Position numbers and translations under genes: made by a program. Positions 18,174 through 28,191 of a DNA stretch of 64,000 nt are shown here, one piece after another. Below the pieces are notes generated by a model. The model was not told the DNA's origin. It worked only from the letters and a program-made list of their open reading frames with translations, and made no database searches. Source of the DNA: Erysipelotrichales bacterium. Lineage in GTDB: Bacteria; Bacillota_I; Bacilli_A; Erysipelotrichales; Erysipelotrichaceae. Positions within the stretch are counted from its first letter, which is position 1. Each line of letters opens with the position of its first letter. The DNA lies in contig JBBRCP010000001.1 of NCBI GenBank assembly GCA_038204785.1, positions 1,403-65,402 of the forward strand, given 5' to 3'.

Positions 18174-19070
18174 TTACTTAATCAGATAAGACTTATTCAA
18201 ATTTACAATATAAGCAGTAATTGCTTCTTCCCAGTTACGCATATCATCACCGCTCGTACAACGTAACATTAAGTGATCAAGTGCCGAATACGCTGGGCGT
18301 TTCGCTTTACGAGGAAAGTCATCCGTTGAGCAAGGCACAACTTCACAGTTGATTTCAGCTAATTCGACAATCTTTTTCGCGAAATCAAACCATGAACAGA
18401 TTCCGTTTCCAGTAACGTGATAGATTCCATAATCATCAGTCAATAGAATCTTCAGTATATGGTGTGAGAGATCATTCGCATTGGTAGGATTCCCTACTTG
18501 ATCGTTGACAACTTTGATTGAAGGGTTCTGTTGGGAAATTCGCAAAATCGTTTTAACAAAATTATTCCCCTCAGTTCCATATAACCATGCTGTCCTGACA
18601 ATAAAAAATTTAGAACAGAACTGTTGAACATAAAGATCAGCTTGTTTCTTTGTAAATCCATAAATACTTTGCGGATCAGGTTGATCATATTCGCGGTAAG
18701 GTTCATTTGCGATCCCATCAAAGATGTAATCTGTTGAGAGGTGTAGAAATTTAGCCCCGACCGATTCACTGGCTTTCGCTAGGTTTGCGGTACCTAAAAC
18801 ATTTACTTTATAAGCAATTTCGATTTTACTTTCACATTCATCTACATTCGTAAATGCTGCGCAATTAATCACCATGTCGGGCTTTTCATTCTGAAATCTT
18901 TCCAAAACACTTTTATAATCGGTAATATCCATTGTATCTATATCGACAGGTATTATTTCGCATTGTTTGTATGCGTCACCAATCAACCCAATTTCTGATG
19001 AACCGGCCTTGATCATTGTGATCAGTTCTCTTCCTAATTGACCATTTGCTCCGGTTATAAGTAATTTCAT
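18174..19070 (-). CDS. rfbD: dTDP-4-dehydrorhamnose reductase
   Basis: 298 aa with LITGANGQLG, AAFTNVDECE and STDYIFDG. Confidence 0.9.
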   Translation of the reverse strand: MKLLITGANGQLGRELITMIKAGSSEIGLIGDAYKQCEIIPVDIDTMDITDYKSVLERFQNEKPDMVINCAAFTNVDECESKIEIAYKVNVLGTANLAKASESVGAKFLHLSTDYIFDGIANEPYREYDQPDPQSIYGFTKKQADLYVQQFCSKFFIVRTAWLYGTEGNNFVKTILRISQQNPSIKVVNDQVGNPTNANDLSHHILKILLTDDYGIYHVTGNGICSWFDFAKKIVELAEINCEVVPCSTDDFPRKAKRPAYSALDHLMLRCTSGDDMRNWEEAITAYIVNLNKSYLIK

Positions 19071-19073
19071 TCG

Positions 19074-19952
19074 TTAATCCTCCTTGATTGACTTCGCATA
19101 ACCCAGTATATACTTTCCATATTCGGTCTGTTTCATGCTTTCTCCTAATACGATCAGTTGCTTCTTATCGATAAAACCTTGACGATAAGCGATCTCTTCA
19201 AGACATGCCACATAGAGACCTTGACGAGTCTGAATGGCTTCAATGAAGTTAGCTGCATCCAGCATAGCACGATGATTACCTGTATCCAACCACGCCATTC
19301 CACGCCCAAACAGTTCAACTTTTAAATTTCCATTTTCTAGATAACTGTTGATGACCGATGTGATTTCAATTTCACCGCGTGCCGAAGGAATTACCTTTTT
19401 TGCAACTTCACTGACCTTTGAGTCAAAGAAGTATAAACCCGGTATTGCATAATTCGATTTTGGTTCTTTTGGCTTTTCTTCAATCGACAAAACATTCCAG
19501 TCATTATCAAATTCAACTACACCGAATTCGACCGGATTGGCAACGTGATAGCCAAATATTGTAGCTCCGGTCTCTCTTGAACTCGCACTTTTGAGCCGTT
19601 CTGAGAAGCCATATCCATAAAAAATATTGTCACCCAGAATCAAACAAACATTATCACCATTGATGAACTCTTCGCCGACGATGAATGCATCAGCAAGTCC
19701 TCTCGGTTTATCTTGAACAGCATATTGAATATTGAGACCCAATTGAGAGCCGTCTTTAAAAAGGTCTTTATACATCGGGACATCTCTTGGTGTGGATATT
19801 AACAAAATATCCTTTATGCCTGCCAACATCAGGGTTGAAATTGGATAATAAACCATTGGCTTATCATATAGGGTCAACATTTGTTTTGAAACAGCAATAG
19901 TAGATGGATAAAGTCTTGTTCCGGCTCCTCCTGCGAGAATAATTCCTTTCAT
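19074..19952 (-). CDS. rfbA: Glucose-1-phosphate thymidylyltransferase
   Basis: 292 aa with [16 protein letters not shown] and LGDNIFYG. Confidence 0.93.
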   Translation of the reverse strand: MKGIILAGGAGTRLYPSTIAVSKQMLTLYDKPMVYYPISTLMLAGIKDILLISTPRDVPMYKDLFKDGSQLGLNIQYAVQDKPRGLADAFIVGEEFINGDNVCLILGDNIFYGYGFSERLKSASSRETGATIFGYHVANPVEFGVVEFDNDWNVLSIEEKPKEPKSNYAIPGLYFFDSKVSEVAKKVIPSARGEIEITSVINSYLENGNLKVELFGRGMAWLDTGNHRAMLDAANFIEAIQTRQGLYVACLEEIAYRQGFIDKKQLIVLGESMKQTEYGKYILGYAKSIKED

Positions 19953-19966
19953 TACGTTTTCCTCCT

Positions 19967-20785
19967 TTATTCTAAGTTCTTAAGAACTTTCAAAAACGCT
20001 TTAGTACGATAATGAACAGATAACTTCAAAGCTCTTTTAAATAATGTTACTCTAGCTACCCATATCGGAATTTCATTATTTTTTGCATAATAACTATAAT
20101 CTTTCGAATAGATCGAGTATCTTTTTAAATCGCTTTCATAAGTTGAATAAGTATCACCGGAGAACTGTTGTTGAAGTGTCACATCAACTACTTTAATCAA
20201 TAGCATCTTTCTACTTACACGCCGATAAAAATCATAATCGACCAGATCCAGAAAGAGATGTTCATCAAATCCACCAATTTCTTTAAAAACACTTAATTTA
20301 ATTGCTGATCCCGAGTTAATACATGCTAGGCTCGATTGTATTTCATTGATCTTCCCGTTCCATTGTACAATTTTATTGCCGCTGAATTTACGTGGTGACA
20401 TAATGATTGTTGCATTTCTAATAATTGGAACATGAATCGATATCTCAGGGTGATATTCAAATGAATTGGAGATGGCCATAAAATATTTGGACGTCACTTT
20501 GGTATCTTGATCCAATATAACGAGTATATCTGATTCCTCATCTTGGTTAAGAAGATCGATCACTTTATTGTAAGCTTGGCTTAAGCCGCGATTACCATTC
20601 ATATCCACATAGCGAATTCCTAATTGTCTGCACTCGAGTTGGTTTGTTGACTTAAGTAAAGAATCTGTACTGTTATCTGCAATAATGAGATCACTTGGTG
20701 ATAAACCTGCCTCAATCGCTGAATTTATAAATGAAGTATCCCTTACCAGTGAGTTATAAACGACACTCAGTACATTGATTTTCAT
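19967..20785 (-). CDS. GT2-like glycosyltransferase (rhamnosyltransferase-like)
   Basis: 272 aa with ADNSTD, ILDQDT, INSGSAI and [12 protein letters not shown] motifs. It has an ATGA overlap with the upstream GT2 and lies directly upstream of rfbA. Confidence 0.65.
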   Translation of the reverse strand: MKINVLSVVYNSLVRDTSFINSAIEAGLSPSDLIIADNSTDSLLKSTNQLECRQLGIRYVDMNGNRGLSQAYNKVIDLLNQDEESDILVILDQDTKVTSKYFMAISNSFEYHPEISIHVPIIRNATIIMSPRKFSGNKIVQWNGKINEIQSSLACINSGSAIKLSVFKEIGGFDEHLFLDLVDYDFYRRVSRKMLLIKVVDVTLQQQFSGDTYSTYESDLKRYSIYSKDYSYYAKNNEIPIWVARVTLFKRALKLSVHYRTKAFLKVLKNLE

Positions 20786-21501
20786 TTAGCTAACCCTTTG
20801 AACGATCGTTTTATCAAATGAAACAGAACATAAATTCGAGTGTATATCCGCTTGAGGATCGGATTGGTACTTCCGTTACCTCCTGTTAAAGCATTGTTGT
20901 CATGCCGGCGGTAGAGAAGTAACGGTTCATTGATTAGTTGTACCCGATAAAACATCTCTCCGATCAAAACAATCCAATAGTCATGAGGGCAGTGTACTTG
21001 ATCTTTTGGAAAAGGTAATGCTCGTTCAAGTACATTTCTTCGAAAGGCCATACAAGCTCCAATATATCTGGTTCTTAGAAAATTGGTCCAAAATCCTTGT
21101 TTAACTTTATTGACTTTAAAATGGGATCGTTGATTAACTTTCAAATACTGATCTGTAACTGAAGCATCACTGATCGCAAAATCAACTGACTCAAGTGATT
21201 TCATCATCATGGCGACCTTATTTTCAACCCAGACATCATCTTGATCACAAAGGAAGATATAATCTCCGACTGCTTTCGACAATGCATTCTCGAAATTTTT
21301 AGTATAACCATGTTCACCACCGTTGATAACTACCTTGATTCTTGGATCATTCAATTTTGATACTACGTCGAGCGTTCGATCTTGTGAGTTATCATCAGAA
21401 AGTACAACTTCATCGTTCCTATCCAACTGTTTCAAAACAGACTCAAGTTGTTCTTTAATATATTTTTCACCATTATAACTGGCTAAGCACACAGAGATCA
21501 T
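20782..21501 (-). CDS. Family-2 glycosyltransferase
   Basis: Motifs are MISVCLASYNGEKYIKEQLESV, LSDDNSQD, CDQDDVW and GACMAFRR. The start is set at the ATG at 21501 (SD GGGAGGG). Confidence 0.75.
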   Translation of the reverse strand: MISVCLASYNGEKYIKEQLESVLKQLDRNDEVVLSDDNSQDRTLDVVSKLNDPRIKVVINGGEHGYTKNFENALSKAVGDYIFLCDQDDVWVENKVAMMMKSLESVDFAISDASVTDQYLKVNQRSHFKVNKVKQGFWTNFLRTRYIGACMAFRRNVLERALPFPKDQVHCPHDYWIVLIGEMFYRVQLINEPLLLYRRHDNNALTGGNGSTNPILKRIYTRIYVLFHLIKRSFKGLAK

Positions 21502-21505
21502 TATC

Positions 21506-22057
21506 TTACCCTCCCTTAACCCATTCATGCAGTTGACTATCATAGTGTTTAACTATTTTTGCCGGAGCACCTGTGATCACACTATAATCTGGGAATGTTC
21601 CTTTTACGACCGAATTACTACCAACTATGCATTGTTTGCCTAGCTGTGTCCCTGGTAATATCGCTGCTCCGTAACCAATAAAACAATTAGATCCAATGAT
21701 TGTGTCCTTTACTTGGATTGGTTGTTTCATGATATGGACATCAACTAGTTCATATCCATGATCAATATTCGTTATTAATACATTGGCTGAAATCGTGGTA
21801 TTCGAACCAATCACCAACTTTCCACCGGAAACAATATGCAGATTCTGTCCGACCGATATACCCTCTTCGAATATGATCGTTCCTCCTTGATGTGTTTCCA
21901 TACGACTTCCCGGATAAATCCGAACTTTCTTGCCGACAAAGATTCCTTTTGGATGATATAGGAAAACTGGTTTTCCTATATAGGAGAAATTTCCGATCGA
22001 GCCAAATAAAAGTCGGTAGAAAAACGTTCGAATCACCCATGCTATTTTATAGAACAT
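21506..22057 (-). CDS. Hexapeptide-repeat (LbH) acetyltransferase, probably a sugar O-acetyltransferase
   Basis: It has left-handed beta-helix repeats (IGSNTTISANVLI, IGSNCFIGYGAAI, VGSNSVV). The start is ambiguous: ATG at 22057 (11-nt overlap with the upstream gene) or TTG at 22081. Confidence 0.7.
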   Translation of the reverse strand: MFYKIAWVIRTFFYRLLFGSIGNFSYIGKPVFLYHPKGIFVGKKVRIYPGSRMETHQGGTIIFEEGISVGQNLHIVSGGKLVIGSNTTISANVLITNIDHGYELVDVHIMKQPIQVKDTIIGSNCFIGYGAAILPGTQLGKQCIVGSNSVVKGTFPDYSVITGAPAKIVKHYDSQLHEWVKGG

Positions 22058-22964
22058 CGCTGTTACACTGATCTTTTCCAATCATCTTTTGAATTTTGGT
22101 CAGACCTTCTCTCATTTCGATTTTCGGTGTAAACCCTAGTGACTGAATTCTACTTGAATCTAAGACTCGCTTATATACTCCCTCAGGTTTACTTGTATCA
22201 AATATAATCTCACCTTGATATCCGGTAATCTCTTTGATCATAAAGGCAAGTTCTTTGATCGATATATCCGTATGCATTCCAATATTATACATATCGAAGC
22301 TCAATGAATCAAAATGTTCAATGAGTAGCGATATTGCTTGTAAAACATCTTCCACAAAGATAAATTCTCTGCGTTGATTACCGCTTCCCCAAATGGTTAT
22401 CGAAGGTATTTTTTTATCACGTGCTTCATTCATCTGCCTCAATAAAGAGAAAACAACTTGACCGTTATCACGAGTCGGAATCAGATTTGCTGGAACGACA
22501 GTAATATATTTACACCCTTTTTGGCAATTATAGTATTTAGTTTGATAAACTCCCACCAATTTAGCTAACGCATAAGATTCTTGAATTGCATCCAACGGTC
22601 CCATCATAATTTGATCTTCACTGATCGGATTGATCGCATCAGCCGGATAAATGGCCGCTGACGCCAAGAAGATAAATTTTTTAATGTGATTTGCTTCTGA
22701 TGCTTTCATAAGATTGATTTGCATTAAAAGATTCTCTTCGAGAAATTCCACTGGATTTTTACTGATCGTAGAACCGCCACCAACTCTTGCTGCCGCCATA
22801 ATTACAAGATCGATTTCATGGCTACGAAGATATTGATCTACTGCAAGGTAGTTTAACAGATCCAAATCAATATACGTTGTTCCAAAAACATGATGTTTCT
22901 TCTCAAGTTCGATTTTTAATTCAGAACCAATCATCCCATCAACTCCGGCAATATATATGTTCAT
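22047..22964 (-). CDS. NAD(P)-dependent epimerase/reductase of the GDP-L-fucose synthase (Fcl)-like SDR subfamily
   Basis: 305 aa with the Rossmann motif GVDGMIG and a YALAK catalytic Tyr-x3-Lys. There is no GDP-mannose dehydratase partner in the window. Confidence 0.6.
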   Translation of the reverse strand: MNIYIAGVDGMIGSELKIELEKKHHVFGTTYIDLDLLNYLAVDQYLRSHEIDLVIMAAARVGGGSTISKNPVEFLEENLLMQINLMKASEANHIKKFIFLASAAIYPADAINPISEDQIMMGPLDAIQESYALAKLVGVYQTKYYNCQKGCKYITVVPANLIPTRDNGQVVFSLLRQMNEARDKKIPSITIWGSGNQRREFIFVEDVLQAISLLIEHFDSLSFDMYNIGMHTDISIKELAFMIKEITGYQGEIIFDTSKPEGVYKRVLDSSRIQSLGFTPKIEMREGLTKIQKMIGKDQCNSDVL

Positions 22965-22970
22965 GTAGAT

Positions 22971-23972
22971 TTACACCTCCTTGAATATTTCTTTGATAAA
23001 ACCAGCAATCGTATATCGATTCAGAACATCATTGTCTATATTAACATAGGTCGAATCGACAAATGATTTAGTAATAACAGGCTTTTCTCGATCAACAATC
23101 AAGATATTGCTAGAATTATAGAAATCATAGTTTTTGACATCTCTGTTGGTGGTGATCAACTTGCGGCCGGCTCCTAATATTTCGATCGTTCTCATTGTCA
23201 GACCTGATTGTTTTGGATGTTGAATATCAATGACTATTTTTGACTTTCGAATTATGTCCAGCAGTGATGGAAACGATAATGGTTCGAAGTGGATTTCAGA
23301 CATACTTAGTTTTTTATACTCATGTCTGTATATCTTCCTGGCAAAATACATCATCTTCATCGGAATATATAAATAATAGTATTTTGACGATTGCTTTAAC
23401 ACAGCAAATTCTTTCTCGATCTTCTGCAATATGATCATACGATCACTGTGAAGTGTACCCACAAACGAATAATCATATTGATAATCAACCGCTTGGCAAC
23501 GAATGTCTTCAAACTCTTGCGCATAAAACAAGGGTCGGAAACTCATCTCATAGTTACTACAATCATCACGGTCAAATGAATATTTGACGTCAAACTCATT
23601 AATTTTTTCTAAAATACTCTTGTAGTTTTTAATTGAATCAAACATATAGAGAATCGTTTTCACATTCGGACTAATCAACTTTAATTTATGTATAAATGTT
23701 ACTGGCATATTTTCAGGTTTAATAATAAAAATATAGTCAAACATTTCGTTATCTATTCGGTTTAGAATATCTTGGTAGTATGTTTCTATATTACCTCTAG
23801 CCATCTTTTTAAAAATTCTGAACATCACTTTATTTACACCCTTATCCGAAGGTCTCTCATTGAAAAAAGTGACGATTGCTCCTTCTTTTTCAAGAGCATG
23901 CATAATTAGTATTTCATAATTAAAAAAACGAGGCGAAATAAATAGTATATTTTTACCAAATAATTTTTCCAT
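22971..23972 (-). CDS. Uncharacterised polysaccharide-locus protein; possibly a GT-B-fold (CgeB/Glyco_trans_1_2-like) transferase
   Basis: 333 aa and soluble. The C-terminal motif GLTMRTIEILGAGRKLITTN resembles the nucleotide-sugar-binding half of GT-B enzymes. I do not recognise the family with confidence. Confidence 0.35.
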   Translation of the reverse strand: MEKLFGKNILFISPRFFNYEILIMHALEKEGAIVTFFNERPSDKGVNKVMFRIFKKMARGNIETYYQDILNRIDNEMFDYIFIIKPENMPVTFIHKLKLISPNVKTILYMFDSIKNYKSILEKINEFDVKYSFDRDDCSNYEMSFRPLFYAQEFEDIRCQAVDYQYDYSFVGTLHSDRMIILQKIEKEFAVLKQSSKYYYLYIPMKMMYFARKIYRHEYKKLSMSEIHFEPLSFPSLLDIIRKSKIVIDIQHPKQSGLTMRTIEILGAGRKLITTNRDVKNYDFYNSSNILIVDREKPVITKSFVDSTYVNIDNDVLNRYTIAGFIKEIFKEV

Positions 23973-23999
23973 ACATCCTCCTTCATGAACTTAACTTAA

Positions 24000-24027
24000 A
24001 TTGTATCACTTTCTATGATTGATGCAA
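24000..24027 (-). promoter_or_regulatory. Internal promoter in front of the 333-aa gene
   Basis: On the minus strand: -35 TTGCAT (24022-24027), a 16-nt spacer ending in TGa, and -10 TACAAT (24000-24005). It lies 28 nt upstream of the ATG. Confidence 0.45.
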
Positions 24028-24059
24028 TGTTGCAGGAAATATCACACACCCATGCAAAG

Positions 24060-24075
24060 GCTAAATTAATTTAGC
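24060..24075. repeat. Perfect 16-bp palindrome GCTAAATTAATTTAGC between wzy and the internal promoter
   Basis: Read directly from the sequence. It is AT-rich with no U-tract, so at best a weak terminator and possibly a binding site. Confidence 0.3.
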
Positions 24076-24140
24076 AGTTCACAACTTGTAGAACATTAAT
24101 TGTTCATTTTGAATGTATCAATCTTTATTGATGACCTTAT

Positions 24141-25520
24141 TCACTGTTTCATTTCCACTGAAGAGTAAAAGAGATTTTCTTCGCTAATAATCATAGAAAC
24201 CGTTAACACAAACATTAATCCAATGGGATTATTTATAAATGGGTTGAAAATCGTCGATACCATGACCCCTAGCAAAGCCGCCATATACCCATGTGATATC
24301 CGTTTTAATTTGATTTTTCTGTTCAATTTACTATTAACAAAATATGATTGAAATAGATAAAAGAAGGGGAGAAGAAACAGTAGTAATCCAATCACTCCTG
24401 TTTTCATAGTTAAATCATAATAAAGATATTCAGTTTTTCCACCGGTTCTCAACTTTTCTAAACTTTTTCCCAATCCACTTCCAATAAATGGCGACTTTAC
24501 GATATTCGCTTGTAAAAGCATAACTACATCCGTTCTTAGACCATCTGATTGGTATAGACTGTTATCTTCCGTGTCGGTGAGAGAAGTTACATCTGGAGCA
24601 ACAGACATTATAATTCGATTAAAACCTACAAATACAACCGAAGAGCCACGATATACAGCGAGAGAAACGGTTAAAATCAATATAAGAACTGCGAAACAAT
24701 ACATTGCTAGACGAACTATTTTGATTATGTGTTTTCTGAATACAAGAAATATAAACAGTAAACTTACAAACATCCCTATCCAAAAAGAACGAGTAAAAGA
24801 AAGAAGTGATCCAAACGCGATAATAGCTGTCATTAAAATTTCTTTTCGATCAAATTTATCAGCATTTAATTGCTTAACTATCAAAATAACAAGTGCAATT
24901 TGAAAATACAACTCGCTTCTTAAATAAATTCGATAAATATTTCCAGACAACAAAGATAGACCACCAAACGACATGTCATTCAAAACAGAATTGATATCCA
25001 TGATTTGACGAATAGAGAGGAAAGGAATTAAGAAGTGAATAACTCCAACACAAATCGCTAAACAAACAGCAGAATAGATAATAATAGTTGTTAAAAATTC
25101 GGTAATTTTGGCTCGATCTTCATTCTGCATATACACGAACACAGCTGGTGACAGTGATAGGATTAGGAATCCAGATATGTCAGAAAATATGTATGAAGGA
25201 TTATTGCCCAATTTATAACCGATATATGCACAAATCAGAAGCCAAACAGCAAAAAGTATATTCAAAATAATGAATTTATCTTTAGTAAGTCGTTTATAGC
25301 TTCCTAAGACTGATGGAATTGAGAAAAATAAGCACAGAACGAACATAACCATTCTGAAACTAACAGCACCTACTGCCAGCCACCTGCCACTATTCCCTAG
25401 AACTATTTCTATCATCAAGATTGCATAAAAAAAGAAAGAGATTTTCTCAGTTGTTTTAATAAATTCCTTGTTCTTATTATTCTTAATTAAATTTTTTTCT
25501 GCAGTATGGCTATCGTTCAT
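24141..25520 (-). CDS. wzy: Wzy-type polymerase / O-antigen-ligase-family membrane protein
   Basis: About 460 aa with 10 or more TM helices and a large loop. The segment SFTRSFWIG resembles the Wzy_C motif. The start is set at the ATG at 25520 (SD AGGAGG). Confidence 0.6.
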   Translation of the reverse strand: MNDSHTAEKNLIKNNKNKEFIKTTEKISFFFYAILMIEIVLGNSGRWLAVGAVSFRMVMFVLCLFFSIPSVLGSYKRLTKDKFIILNILFAVWLLICAYIGYKLGNNPSYIFSDISGFLILSLSPAVFVYMQNEDRAKITEFLTTIIIYSAVCLAICVGVIHFLIPFLSIRQIMDINSVLNDMSFGGLSLLSGNIYRIYLRSELYFQIALVILIVKQLNADKFDRKEILMTAIIAFGSLLSFTRSFWIGMFVSLLFIFLVFRKHIIKIVRLAMYCFAVLILILTVSLAVYRGSSVVFVGFNRIIMSVAPDVTSLTDTEDNSLYQSDGLRTDVVMLLQANIVKSPFIGSGLGKSLEKLRTGGKTEYLYYDLTMKTGVIGLLLFLLPFFYLFQSYFVNSKLNRKIKLKRISHGYMAALLGVMVSTIFNPFINNPIGLMFVLTVSMIISEENLFYSSVEMKQ

Positions 25521-25647
25521 AAATCCTCCTAGAATTTGAGATGCAACGCAAATAGTATAATACATTATTCTCACAATATTAGCCAGTCAATCATCGTAAT
25601 TTGAATATGCAAGAACTGGTTAACAATTTAATATATTTATCTCTCAA

Positions 25648-26253
25648 CTAATTTTTAGGATCAGTATTTGAACCTTCTTTTATACCCTCTGAGTGTAAAA
25701 CGCTCAAAATGGTTTTAAGAAATATTGTAAGATCAAAAACTAAACTCATATTTTCAACATAGTAACCATCATATTTCGCTTTCACATCGATGGGTAGTTC
25801 ATCTCTGCCATTAATTTGCGCCCAACCCGTTAATCCTGGTCGAATGCTATTCGCATTCACCTCATCACGAGCTGCTATCAAATCATATTGATTCCATAGT
25901 GCCGGTCGTGGTCCGATAACACTCATTTGACCCTGAACAATATTGAATAGTTGTGGCAATTCATCCAAACTTGTTTTACGAAGAAAATTACCAATTCTCG
26001 TGATAAACATGTCCGGATTTCCTAATAAGTGTGTTGGCATGTCATCCGGAGTTTCAATGCGCATTGTACGAAACTTATAGATCATGAAGTATGATTTATT
26101 TATACCGACTCGTTTTTGTTTAAATAAAACGGGTCCTTTGGAATCAATTTTAACAGCCATACTTAACAGGATGAGTAAGGGTGATAAAACAAGGATTCCG
26201 GTAAAGCTTAGTACAATATCGATAAATCGTTTTATTATACGATACATATTCAT
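25648..26253 (-). CDS. Small monotopic phosphoglycosyl transferase (undecaprenyl-phosphate sugar-phosphate transferase, PglC/CapM/WbaP-C type)
   Basis: 201 aa. Motifs are KRFIDIVLS, KGPVLFKQKRVG, YKFRTM, DELPQLFNV and PGLTGWAQ. Confidence 0.85.
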   Translation of the reverse strand: MNMYRIIKRFIDIVLSFTGILVLSPLLILLSMAVKIDSKGPVLFKQKRVGINKSYFMIYKFRTMRIETPDDMPTHLLGNPDMFITRIGNFLRKTSLDELPQLFNIVQGQMSVIGPRPALWNQYDLIAARDEVNANSIRPGLTGWAQINGRDELPIDVKAKYDGYYVENMSLVFDLTIFLKTILSVLHSEGIKEGSNTDPKN

Positions 26254-26262
26254 GTTTCCTCC

Positions 26263-28125
26263 TTAATTACGATTGGGTGTATATGTATCAATAACTTGAG
26301 CCATTTTTTCAATCACTTTTTCGTCAGTTATATTTGGATCGTCGATTAATTCTTGTAATACTGCAAGATCTTCGTTAATCTTATCCTCCGTTATTTTCAT
26401 TGGTTGAGTTACGAAAATCAGCTTGTTTGAAGTCGTTTCGACTTCCTCTTTGTTTAAATGGAGTTCTTCGAATAATTTCTCTCCTGGGCGAAGACCAATT
26501 TCTTTGATTTGGATATCCTTATATGGAACATACCCGGCTAAAGTAATCATTTTTTCAGCTAGATCTAAGATTTTAACGGGTTGCCCCATATCTAAAACGA
26601 AGATTTCTCCTCCTTTTCCAAAGGTGGCTGCTTGAAGAACAAGACTTACTGCTTCCGGAATTGTCATAAAGTAACGGATAATATTGCGATCAGTCAGTGT
26701 TAATGGTCCTCCTGCCGCAATCTGTTTTTTAAATAGTGGGATAATCGAACCATTTGACCCAAGCACATTCCCAAAACGAACAGCCACAAAACGTGTCTTG
26801 CATGCTACCGAATTCATAGACTGAATCATCTTCTCTACTTCACGTTTAGTCGCGCCCATCACATTCGTTGGATTCACTGCCTTATCGGTAGAAATTGAAA
26901 CAAACTGATGCACCTCATATTTACGTGCTGCCATAAGAAGATTGTGCGTTCCGAAAATATTATTTTTGATGGCTTCAATTGGCATATCCTCCATCAACGG
27001 AACATGCTTATGGGCTGCTGCATGGAAGACGATATCAGGTCTATAGCGTGAAAATAACAAATTTATGGCTTCTGCATCTCGAATACTTGTTATAAGTGGA
27101 AGATATTTTATTTCTGGCGATAACTGACCCGATTCTTTTAGCATATTGAATTCCATCTGTAAATCATAGAGTCCATTTTCGTTAATATCGATCATTAGTA
27201 ATATCTTTGGACTTAATTGGATAATTTGCCGACATAATTCACTACCAATCGAACCGGCAGCACCTGTAACTAAAACAGTTTTATTTTCGATGAATTGGCG
27301 AATGACTTCATTATCAAGTTGAATCGATTGCCGTCCTAATAAATCTTCAATTCCAATCTCACGTAAAGATCTTCGGATACCTTGAGCACTGATCATATCT
27401 TTTGTTGATGTAATGACTTGTACTTTAACTCCAGTCTCGTAACATTTTTCGATTATTTGTTTTTGTTCTTGGAGTGAAACACTTGGCATAGCAACATAAA
27501 TCGATTCGATTTGCTGAACATTAACGATTCCAGGTAAATCTTCTATTGTACCGAGAATTTTAACACCACTAATTGTCTTCCCGGTTTTGCTCTTATCATC
27601 ATCCACGAATCCAATGATTCTGTTTTTATAGATCTTATTTGTTGTAACTTCACGAAGCAACATTAAGCCAGCTGCTCCAGCACCCACAATAATCGTGCGC
27701 TGATAGTCATCACTGAATAATTTTGTTTTTAGTTTCATCATGTTATATATACGGAAAGAAAAGCGAACAAACTCAAGCATAAGCACTAGAATAACCAGTT
27801 GAATAAGATATATGCTGCGCGGTACAAGCGAGAAATTAGTTAATGTAAATGTAAGGTAGACCGTTGCAGCCCCAAGTACACACGCAACGGATACTCGTAT
27901 GGCTTCATCAATACTTGCCATACCAAATACCGTTTTATCAAGCCGCATGACTTTGAAAATAATAAAGTAGAGTATGATCACGATTCCCGATTTTGAAAAA
28001 AAGAGATTATAATACACCAATACCTTAAACGAGAAATCCATCCTTATCCAAACAGCTATAAAGTAACTCAAGCAAACAATTGCTAAATCTAGTGTTATCA
28101 GAAATACATTTTGTAATCGTCGCAC
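26263..28125 (-). CDS. capD: Membrane-anchored UDP-GlcNAc 4,6-dehydratase (CapD/PglF/EpsC long form)
   Basis: 620 aa. It has 4 N-terminal TM helices, a central Rossmann-like domain and a C-terminal VTGAAGSIGSEL dehydratase domain. It uses a GTG start with a strong SD (AAGGAGGAG). Confidence 0.85.
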   Translation of the reverse strand: MRRLQNVFLITLDLAIVCLSYFIAVWIRMDFSFKVLVYYNLFFSKSGIVIILYFIIFKVMRLDKTVFGMASIDEAIRVSVACVLGAATVYLTFTLTNFSLVPRSIYLIQLVILVLMLEFVRFSFRIYNMMKLKTKLFSDDYQRTIIVGAGAAGLMLLREVTTNKIYKNRIIGFVDDDKSKTGKTISGVKILGTIEDLPGIVNVQQIESIYVAMPSVSLQEQKQIIEKCYETGVKVQVITSTKDMISAQGIRRSLREIGIEDLLGRQSIQLDNEVIRQFIENKTVLVTGAAGSIGSELCRQIIQLSPKILLMIDINENGLYDLQMEFNMLKESGQLSPEIKYLPLITSIRDAEAINLLFSRYRPDIVFHAAAHKHVPLMEDMPIEAIKNNIFGTHNLLMAARKYEVHQFVSISTDKAVNPTNVMGATKREVEKMIQSMNSVACKTRFVAVRFGNVLGSNGSIIPLFKKQIAAGGPLTLTDRNIIRYFMTIPEAVSLVLQAATFGKGGEIFVLDMGQPVKILDLAEKMITLAGYVPYKDIQIKEIGLRPGEKLFEELHLNKEEVETTSNKLIFVTQPMKITEDKINEDLAVLQELIDDPNITDEKVIEKMAQVIDTYTPNRN

Positions 28126-28191
28126 AGGTCTCCTCCTTGTATCTTAAGTGTAAAATTCAAGAATCAAATTTTTCTTTAGTTTGTTTTATTA

